Shown: positions 50,572 to 58,536 of the stretch, piece by piece
Layout of the letters: every line of letters starts with the position of its first letter
Numbering within the stretch: the stretch's first letter is position 1
Source of the DNA: Williopsis jadinii
Taxonomy: Eukaryota
Assembly: GCA_024346625.1 (NCBI GenBank)
Contig: AP024664.1
Span: 992,001-1,056,000, forward strand
Length of the DNA stretch: 64,000 bases
Direction: 5' to 3'
The notes under the pieces: model-generated
Told to the model about the DNA's origin: nothing
Database searches by the model: none
What the model saw: only the letters and a program-made list of their open reading frames with translations
Position numbers and translations under genes: made by a program

Positions 50572-51603
50572 CTAATGTGGACGATGTGAAAGGTAGAGTG
50601 CCCTGGTGTCTTCATCAATGCTTTGGCAGTTACATGAAAGACAAGCCCAACAGTCTAACCACATTTCTGAGCAAATCAGCGATAGTTCGTCACAGAACAG
50701 TGGCTCTGAGGCACGCTCTCCGTTAGCACCCTGCTCTACACATCGTTGTGCTATCATATCTTGGTGAATGGTGGGCTGGTCTTTCACCAAGGCTCTTATA
50801 TCTTCGTCGCTTATGGGAAACGCCTCAATGGTGAGTGGAGATTGTTCCACGGCGTCCTGTGCGCTGTCTTCCAACTTCACAGCGTTTAGTCTTTGTAGCA
50901 TTGATGAGCTTATCGATGGTGACCGTGCCAATTGATCCAACTGTGCTGTAGTTGCTTCGACCAGTGGGTCTTCATCTATCGTGCTGAGTCTCTGATTGCC
51001 TCCATAGGGTTCCGTGCCGGAAGGTTCCATGCTGGAAGGCCCCACAGAGGATGTTCTCAGCTCATCGTGTATCCACCGAAGTCGCTGTATGCTCACAGAA
51101 CCTTCAACATCACTATCAGCTGTGTCTTGAGCCCCCGATAAGCCCAAGACTTCGCACTTTGGCATGTTTGGCCTTTGATACGCGTGCCTGTCGTTTAAAA
51201 TATCATCTACTTTGAAGGAGCTCTGTGGCGGACTCCACCGCACCAACTGGTCCTCCATCCTTTGAAGGAGTATATCGTCCGTAGGGAACGTTCTTGTTGA
51301 CTGCCTTCGAATCACAGCATCTCTCAAAGTATGGCCGGCGCCTCGGTAGTATTGCACCGTCTGTTCGAACGGTGGTAGATGGGCAATCTCATCAACCACG
51401 ATATCCTCTCCTATGAACACATCTGGCCCGTTGAGCCGGTCCACTGGCTCATGAGCGAAGCATCGATTCAGGGACTCTGACTGAGCGTGGCTGCCCAAAC
51501 GTGACACGCTGTTGGGCTCCATCAGTGTTGATAATGTTGTCACTGGCTCGAGCTCCTCAGTATGCACAGCGCAGTCCGATACAGAGAGCCCTCCACCTGC
51601 CAT
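50572..51603 (-). CDS. Hypothetical protein, 343 aa, acidic, with Cys-rich C-terminus
   Basis: Long ATG-started ORF filling a gap; no family recognised. Confidence 0.6.
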   Translation of the reverse strand: MAGGGLSVSDCAVHTEELEPVTTLSTLMEPNSVSRLGSHAQSESLNRCFAHEPVDRLNGPDVFIGEDIVVDEIAHLPPFEQTVQYYRGAGHTLRDAVIRRQSTRTFPTDDILLQRMEDQLVRWSPPQSSFKVDDILNDRHAYQRPNMPKCEVLGLSGAQDTADSDVEGSVSIQRLRWIHDELRTSSVGPSSMEPSGTEPYGGNQRLSTIDEDPLVEATTAQLDQLARSPSISSSMLQRLNAVKLEDSAQDAVEQSPLTIEAFPISDEDIRALVKDQPTIHQDMIAQRCVEQGANGERASEPLFCDELSLICSEMWLDCWACLSCNCQSIDEDTRALYLSHRPH

Positions 51604-51708
51604 TCTGCCCTAAGCTGGCTGCCTGTTGAAAACACACACAGGCACTCTTTAGCCCAACGGCACAGGCGGTTTGTGTCCACGGAGCCCGTGGAGGCCAGCA
51701 TCCAGTTC

Positions 51709-51757
51709 ACAAAAGCTTACAAAGGCTTACAAAGGCATACAAAGGCTTACAAAAGCT
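51709..51757. repeat. 10-bp minisatellite (ACAAAGGCTT) x about 5
   Basis: Direct reading of the sequence. Confidence 0.9.
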
Positions 51758-52046
51758 GGCACACACCAACGCTGCCAGCCTATACATCCCCGGCAGGTTA
51801 ACCCCGACAAAAAGCCCGACAGAAGGGCGATGAGTTGTTGCGGGTGCACGGGCTGGTTTGGAGCACCAGCGCAGTTGTCCAGGGCCCACGGGGGATGATG
51901 GCTGAGCTGGCGTGGCATGAAGCCCTGTGCACCGATTTGAGCCGAGCTTGATGGTGCTGGACGGTGTTAAAGCGTGGTCTTGGTGCCAGGCAAATGGTTG
52001 CAGTGGCAGTGTGCTACTGCCACGAGCGTAGCGGGGGACTCCGTAC

Positions 52047-52140
52047 GCCAGGCAGGCTATAACAGCGAAGCCAGGCAGGCCACAACAGCGAAGCCAGGCA
52101 GGCCACAACAGCGAAGCCAGGCAGGCCACAACAGCGAAGC
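52047..52140. repeat. 23-bp tandem repeat GCCAGGCAGGCCACAACAGCGAA x4
   Basis: Copies 2-4 are identical and copy 1 has two substitutions; no spacers. Confidence 0.95.
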
Positions 52141-52597
52141 AGAGTAGCGTCAATTGACAAGCTGGTGCCTTTCTTCCACGTGAGCACCTGCCTGTGTACC
52201 CACAGCACAGCTCCACAGCTCAGCTCCACAGCACAGTCCCCTTCCTCGCGGACAAACCACCGCCCGTACCCTACAGTTGCAGCTGCGTTTACATCACACC
52301 GACTTCCTCACAGCACCTCCCCCAGATCAACTGAAGCATCCTACAAAGCCCCCCCCCCCATAGTGAATCCTCCAACCACGGCCATCTTGTACACATTTGA
52401 AGAGGCTCACAGCCTAAGCGTAACCAATCGCCGGTTGGAGGCCCGGTTGGAGAGCCGGCACGCGTACGAGCCCGGGAATTGCAGTCATTGGCGGAGACCA
52501 CAGGCAAATTTTCATCTTCACGGCCGGACGGTCCACAGGTGGGCAGAGAGCCGATGGGACTTATATAACCACGGAAGGGGATTCCACTACTGGCGCT

Positions 52598-52598
<1 letters not shown>

Positions 52599-52632
<34 letters not shown>
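52599..52632. repeat. (CA)17 microsatellite in the presumed 5'UTR of the permease gene
   Basis: Lies between TATATAA (52562) and the ATG (52650). Confidence 0.95.
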
Positions 52633-52634
<2 letters not shown>

Positions 52635-52649
52635 GAGGTTATCTATGCA

Positions 52650-54233
52650 ATGGTGCTGACGAACACGCACTCACGCTCTGCCGTGTCGCCAAAGAACGTT
52701 GCCTTTGAGGAGTACCAGGTGGAAAACATCAACAAGGATGAAACCCATCAGTTTGTCATTGATGAGGAAGGGATGAGGTCTGAGGAGACCACGCTGGCGG
52801 AAAAGGACAGGGATGAGGCCTTCGACTTCTTGAAGAAGACCGAGCAGGTGCTCCATGGGGGCTCTGTGCCTTATCCCAAGGCTCTTGCCAGGAAGATTGA
52901 TATGAGAATCATGACTGTTATGTGCGGCAGCTACTTCCTGCAGTTCATTGATAAGAACTCCCTCAACCTGGCTGCCGTGCTGGGTATCAAGGCCCACCTG
53001 GAAGACCATCCCAACGGGTTTGCCAACCTGGGCACCATCTTCTATGCGTCTTACATATTTGCCGAACCGTTTGCCTCGTATCTGCTCCAGGTGCTGCCAA
53101 CTTCGAAGTTCCTCTCAGCTTGCATCATAGCCTGGGGCTGTGTGGTGGCCTGCCATGCTGCGTGTAAGACCTATGCCAGTCTGATGGTGATCAGAACATT
53201 GCTGGGTATCTTTGAGGCGGCACTGTCCCCAGGTTTAATCGTCATATCGTCGATGTACTGGACCAAGGAGGAGAACATGAAGAGAACGGGCATCTGGGTC
53301 TCGTTTGCCGGTCTGTCCACAATCGTTGGAGGACTGTTGTCATTTGCGTTCCAGCACGTCCATGCTTCGCTCGAGTCATGGCAGATCTTCTTTCTTGTGC
53401 TTGGATGCGTCACTATTGTGTTTGGCATCTACATGTACATGGTCTTGCCTAATAATCCAACAAGTGCGTCTTTCCTCACCGAGGAGGAGAAGATGATTGT
53501 GCTGGAACACATCAGGGTGAACCAGACAGGAACGGAGAATAAGACGTTCAAGAAGAAGCAGATCATGGAGCTGTTGTTCCGTGATAAGCACACTTGGCCG
53601 TTGTTCTTCCTGACAATCATTTCGATGATATCCACAGGTGCTCTTGGTACGTGGTCTGTGACGATTTACAAGACCTTTGGATTCAGCTCAAAGGTGTCGT
53701 CACTCCTACAGATGCCTGTTGGAGCTGCCATGATCATCGCCATCCTTGGTGGTACCTACACGTGCTCCAAGATTGGCAAGAGAACCATCGTGTTTATGAT
53801 TATGTGCCTACCAGGCATTGCAGGTTACGTGATTCTCCTTGAGAATCCAAACCGCATAGCAAACCTCATCTCCATCTATATGATCATGGGATCAACAGGT
53901 GTCATTGCGCTTCTATACTCATGGAACAGTGCCAATACAGCAGGCCACACCAAGAAGATTGCTAGAAATGCTATGACAATGATTGCGTTCTCCATCGGCT
54001 CCCTGATAGGCCCTCAGCTATTCAGAGCAGACGAGGCACCAGAGTACAGAACAGCAAGGGCCGTGCTGATTGCAACGTCCGTTATCTCGGTCCCATTGGC
54101 TGGCCTTGTAGGGTATATCAGCAAGAAGGAGAACGAGAGAAGAGACAAGATGGGCCCTGTAACGCTGCCACCAAACTACGAGTTTAGAGATCTCACCGAC
54201 ATTGAGAACCCAAACTTCAGATATGCATATTAA
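52650..54233 (+). CDS. THI73: MFS anion:cation symporter (allantoate permease family), Thi73-like
   Basis: RKIDMRI, FANLGTIF, ACHAACKTYASLMVIRTLLG, ANTAGHTKK, IGPQLF, FRDLTDIENPNFRY. Confidence 0.7.
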   Translation: MVLTNTHSRSAVSPKNVAFEEYQVENINKDETHQFVIDEEGMRSEETTLAEKDRDEAFDFLKKTEQVLHGGSVPYPKALARKIDMRIMTVMCGSYFLQFIDKNSLNLAAVLGIKAHLEDHPNGFANLGTIFYASYIFAEPFASYLLQVLPTSKFLSACIIAWGCVVACHAACKTYASLMVIRTLLGIFEAALSPGLIVISSMYWTKEENMKRTGIWVSFAGLSTIVGGLLSFAFQHVHASLESWQIFFLVLGCVTIVFGIYMYMVLPNNPTSASFLTEEEKMIVLEHIRVNQTGTENKTFKKKQIMELLFRDKHTWPLFFLTIISMISTGALGTWSVTIYKTFGFSSKVSSLLQMPVGAAMIIAILGGTYTCSKIGKRTIVFMIMCLPGIAGYVILLENPNRIANLISIYMIMGSTGVIALLYSWNSANTAGHTKKIARNAMTMIAFSIGSLIGPQLFRADEAPEYRTARAVLIATSVISVPLAGLVGYISKKENERRDKMGPVTLPPNYEFRDLTDIENPNFRYAY

Positions 54234-54455
54234 CTCATCATCACCATCAAACATAGTCAATGGTTTCATCTCCTGTGTAAATAGTCTCCACCATTATAAG
54301 CTCATTTTGTATAATAATGCCCATACTGTAGGCGATGGCCCACGGATATGCGAGTGCTCGTTGAAGGATTTCATCACCGGCACCGAGATATCAAAGTGCT
54401 TACAACAGGGGGGAAAGCACAATCATTTGAAGTGTGTATGAACATCGTGTTGCAA

Positions 54456-55748
54456 ATGGGCAGAGAAGCGTCTCCAGTGATTGTAGGTGCTCTGCAATGT
54501 CAAAAGAACTCGTTTCTGAAGGAGTTCAAGTCGGTTGTTGTTCGCTGTGAGGAGGAGAAGCCCGAACAGCCAAAGCAGAGTGGCAAGAAGAAGTCTAAGC
54601 AGGATGGTGTTGCGGCACAGTTGAAGTACGCAGTTGAGCTCCATGATACGATTCTCTTCCCTGAAGGTGGCGGCCAACCTTCAGACCAGGGATACATCAT
54701 TGATAAGGACGGGAAGAGTCATTTTGTTGGGCACGTTAAGAGAGATAAGCTCAGGGCGCTTCACCTCGTTGACGAGCCTCTTGAGCCAGGCACAGAGGTT
54801 ACGCTCCAAGTGGACTGGAAGAAACGGCTGGACCACATGCAACAGCATACGGGACAGCACCTTCTTTCTGCGGTGCTGGATAAGTACGACTTGAATACGC
54901 TCAGCTGGAGTATGGGTGATATGGTTAACTACATCGAGATCCCTAGGGCGTTATCTGAGGAAGAGCTGACCAAGATCAGTGATGAGGTTAACGAGAGGAT
55001 CATCGAGGCCATTCAGATATCTGTTGAGACACCTGGTAATGACGACGTCAAACAGGATAAGATTCCAGATGATTATGACGTTGACAAGGGGATCCTAAGA
55101 GTCATAAAGATTGGAGAATTTGATCAGAACCCGTGTTGTGGAACCCATCTCCAATCAACAGCTCAAATCTTGTCCATTGCCTTGCTCCACCAAACCTCTG
55201 TGAGAGGGACAAACTCGAGATTACACTTCATCGCTGGTGATAGGGTTCGCCAGTATACGGTTCAAAACCATAGAATCTTAAAGCAGTGTTCCAACGATCT
55301 ATCCTGCCAATTTGACGAGCTGGCAGACAAGATTTCTCAGCTGAACAACAACTATAGAAAAGCATCGAAGAAGGAAGCTTCGTGGAAAGAGGAAGTTGCC
55401 AAGTACCAGGCCTTAGAGATGATCGTGCAACTTCAGAGCAAGGATATGGCGTATCTTTATAGAGCCGATGCAGGCTTGGACTATTTGACTAACATTTTCA
55501 AGACTGTTTCAAAGGAACAAAGAGATGGCCAGACTATTGTTCTTTTGTCAGGAGAAGGTAAGGATGGTGGTTCCATCATCATCAACTCATCCACAGCTGA
55601 AAAGACGGCTGATATTGCCAAACATTTACAAACCTTGGTTTCTGGATTGAAAGGAGGAGGTAAGGCTAAATGGCAAGGTAAGATTTCCTCTTATCAGAAG
55701 GGAGAGCTTGAGGCAGCTCTGGAATACCTTGAATCCTTTTCTTCTTGA
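54456..55748 (+). CDS. AlaX-type Ser/Gly-tRNA(Ala) trans-editing protein (YNL040W-like)
   Basis: VGALQCQ, DTILFPEGGGQPSD, HMQQHTGQH, CCGTH, GLKGGG. In-frame upstream ATGs at 54348 and 54438 make the start uncertain. Confidence 0.85.
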   Translation: MGREASPVIVGALQCQKNSFLKEFKSVVVRCEEEKPEQPKQSGKKKSKQDGVAAQLKYAVELHDTILFPEGGGQPSDQGYIIDKDGKSHFVGHVKRDKLRALHLVDEPLEPGTEVTLQVDWKKRLDHMQQHTGQHLLSAVLDKYDLNTLSWSMGDMVNYIEIPRALSEEELTKISDEVNERIIEAIQISVETPGNDDVKQDKIPDDYDVDKGILRVIKIGEFDQNPCCGTHLQSTAQILSIALLHQTSVRGTNSRLHFIAGDRVRQYTVQNHRILKQCSNDLSCQFDELADKISQLNNNYRKASKKEASWKEEVAKYQALEMIVQLQSKDMAYLYRADAGLDYLTNIFKTVSKEQRDGQTIVLLSGEGKDGGSIIINSSTAEKTADIAKHLQTLVSGLKGGGKAKWQGKISSYQKGELEAALEYLESFSS

Positions 55749-55813
55749 GGATTTATTTATTATATCATCTAGAACACGATGTGTTATAAGTATGCATCAT
55801 TATTGTATTATTA

Positions 55814-57094
55814 TTATACGTCGTTAGTATTGGACTGTTCATTCCTCTTCATAAACCTAGGAACTAGTCCGCTGATTCTCCATCTCCAACGGAGTTTCTT
55901 CTTTGCCTCGAGTAACCAGATTGCAGAGGTTCGATCCATCATTTCAAACCTCTTTGCTGGTGAACCGTCCCTTAAATGACCCTTTAGCCTATCCACCAAG
56001 GTCTTTGAGAACTCTGTGTTTTTACGCCTTTTCATCGAGGGCTGTGATAATGCCTCTTCAATATCATCAATATCTTCAGGAATAGTAGTCAATCCTGATA
56101 ATGTTGTATCGAATTCATCTAGTAGCCTTGATAGGACCTCATACTTTTCAGTACAACTGCAGCATACAAATTCCGTATAGTTCTTTGTAGTGCCCACTAA
56201 ATGACTGCTGATATCGTAGAGTGGAGTTTCGCATATGACACAGTACTTAAGCGAAGAATCAGTTGCTATTGAGAACTCGACCCTTGGATATTCATTCGTG
56301 TCTGATAGTTTCAGAGTGGCCATAGAGCCAGTCAGCGAACTGCTTGAATATCGAGTAGCATCAGACGACGGTCCAAGCACAGTGGAATGCTGTGAGGTAC
56401 ACGGCGTACTCCACACTTCATTATCATATCCCTGTAGATAGGAAGATGTTAATAGTAATGAATTCGAGCTTGAGCCGATCTCCAACCCACTGGGCGGTAA
56501 CTTTGAAGAGTCATTCAATGTGAGAATAGACTTGGCTCTCGAGAGGTAGGTGGTAGCATCCATCTCTGCTTCCTCGTTAATGACACTGTCCTCTGGCTCA
56601 AAAGCTTTCATAGATTTCTTCAGCTCAGATACAGAGAGTTTCTTCCTTCCCAAGGTCTTTTGCTTGATATAGTCCTCCACCAAGACTATAGAGGTATTAT
56701 CCAGAGGCGAGTTGGTCTTGCTAGAACCAAGCTCGAGGTCAGTGGCGTTGAACTCCGGGCTCTTCTGTACTGATGGCGACAAGTTCTTGGGGCGAGGTGG
56801 GGCCAGAGGGAAGGACGTGAGCTTCTGGTCCAACATGTTGTCCAGATGCGATCTCTTCGGCTGTAGTCTGTGATAGTCTTGGACGTACTTCTTCCTGTTG
56901 ACAAACCCCATGTGTGATCTCGACCTCGTAGGGGAAGGCTTGACTGGCGTTTCAAGAGTCTTCAATGAGGGCATCTTGCTAGGAGTCGAGGCCATCGGAC
57001 TTGGAATCGGCGACTTTACAGAGAATGTGAACTCCTTCAAAGAGAGCTGTGGACTCATCTGCATAGCGTTGAACGTATTTGTAACGTCTTTCAT
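55814..57094 (-). CDS. Hypothetical protein: S/P-rich N-terminus, CxxC...CxxC motif, basic WRWR C-terminus
   Basis: ORF of more than 420 codons; first ATG at 57094 (track start is TTG); no family recognised. Confidence 0.7.
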   Translation of the reverse strand: MKDVTNTFNAMQMSPQLSLKEFTFSVKSPIPSPMASTPSKMPSLKTLETPVKPSPTRSRSHMGFVNRKKYVQDYHRLQPKRSHLDNMLDQKLTSFPLAPPRPKNLSPSVQKSPEFNATDLELGSSKTNSPLDNTSIVLVEDYIKQKTLGRKKLSVSELKKSMKAFEPEDSVINEEAEMDATTYLSRAKSILTLNDSSKLPPSGLEIGSSSNSLLLTSSYLQGYDNEVWSTPCTSQHSTVLGPSSDATRYSSSSLTGSMATLKLSDTNEYPRVEFSIATDSSLKYCVICETPLYDISSHLVGTTKNYTEFVCCSCTEKYEVLSRLLDEFDTTLSGLTTIPEDIDDIEEALSQPSMKRRKNTEFSKTLVDRLKGHLRDGSPAKRFEMMDRTSAIWLLEAKKKLRWRWRISGLVPRFMKRNEQSNTNDV

Positions 57095-57484
57095 CCGTTG
57101 AAGCTGGCGATCTTCCTCTCGTTTACGGGCAAATACCAACTAGCAGACTCCTTCCAAATCACAGGGGAGAAGAATGTAGTGTGAGCACACTGGTTTCATC
57201 AACAGGAAAGCCGTGCATTTTGTGCCAACTTGTACTTTTTCTGGTTTTGGCGGGAAGATGCGCACTTGCATGCCGAAATGTAAACAAAGGCTGCTTACCG
57301 CATTGGGCCAAAAGTATGAAAAGGACATCCAAACATCACCAGCACAGAGGGCGTACGCTACGAGTGAGTACAATTCTGATACATCGAGGGTGACATTGTA
57401 GTTTGTCATGGTCCTTTGTAGAAGTTGCCATTCTCAAGGACATTCGCTGTGTGTATTGTGTGTTGTACATGCATATACCAGAGG

Positions 57485-58312
57485 TCAATCTCCCTCTCCG
57501 AGAAGGGTAATCTTATCGATCACGTCTATTCTAGCGTTTTTGTAAGTCTCATAGCCGTTTATCCCAGCTTCTAAAGAGCCCAGTTGCATCTTAAAGATGT
57601 ATGTGTCGGTTTCCAACTCGTCAAGTTTTTGTGTGCAGTCCCTTATTTTGAAATAGTTTGCCTGGTGTGTTCTCCGTATCTTGTCAATCTCTGTTTTAGA
57701 AGCGCTGCCCAGTGTCTTCTGGACTCTGTCAGTTTCATCCATACCCAGGAGCTTGATCCAAGGCGAGCCTTGTCCTGATGTCTTTGATGGAGCCGTGCTG
57801 TCCGGTGTTGAATTGTTCCTTGCGCTCGGCGTGTCGTCTCTACTGACTGATGGCTTTGGCACAGCATTGTTGAAAGACGCAGATTCATTCGAATGTGTTG
57901 AGGATGGCGTCTTCTCCTTGTTGAACCAGCTCTCACGACGGTTCGAGAACTCTTCTTGGTAATGGTGTCCTCCGTGTGTGTTGTAATGGTTTCCTCTGGC
58001 GCTGAATCTTGGGTTGTAGCCTCCGCGACTGTGATGGCGACCTTCATACCTATCATAATCCTCTCTTTCACGTCCATATCCATCTCTATGGCGGTCATAG
58101 CTATCTCGTCCATCGTCGTACCCTCCATAGGAACCACCGTATGAGCCGCCATAGCCTCCCCGTCTTCCACGTGGACTGTCATATGGGCCGCCATATGACC
58201 TTTGGTACCCTCCACGATAACTGGTGCATTACCGTGTTAGTAACATAATGATGAAGCCATAAATCCATAGGAAAACTTACTTTCCGCGATATCTGCTATC
58301 CCTTCCTGACAT
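57485..58312 (-). CDS. LGE1: Lge1-like protein (Bre1 partner), 2 exons: 58312-58281 and 58220-57485, 255 aa
   Basis: Splicing GTAAGT...TACTAAC...CAG gives MSGRDSRYRGNYRGGYQRSYGG..., an R/Y/G-rich disordered region followed by SPWIKLL and a coiled coil. The track shows only the last 125 codons. Confidence 0.68.
58221..58280 (-). other. Spliceosomal intron (60 nt) of the LGE1-like gene
   Basis: GTAAGT donor, TACTAAC 58242-58236, CAG acceptor; restores the reading frame. Confidence 0.9.
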
Positions 58313-58536
58313 TGGCGTGTTATATATTTGTTTAGTCCCTCTATTTCTCACGTGAGGATTTCACTTAACTGTGCTTTCCTCAGCTGTCTATTTTGTGTTT
58401 TTTGTGTTTTTTTCGTCGGTGGAAGAAGTGTTGATGGAGTGCCTGAACCAAACGGTTTGTTACTCTTAGCTATGGCCTACAATGTGACATTTCTATGCTT
58501 TTATTTCGTTATTAGGTTTCATGCAAAATTAAGTAA

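Noticed and set aside
51890..51980. TPP riboswitch upstream of the THI73-like gene (CTGAG...GAGCTTGAT...AGCGT)
   Set aside because: Lacks the ATACC and TAAT core elements and the required pairing; no flanking intron; lies upstream of the TATA box.
52047..52140. 23-bp direct repeats as a CRISPR array or telomeric repeat
   Set aside because: Head-to-tail with no spacers, eukaryotic context, no cas genes; internal location and no TG-rich telomere-like strand.
57643..58215. 190-aa track ORF on the minus strand
   Set aside because: Alternative frame of the spliced LGE1-like exon 2, with a GTG start.
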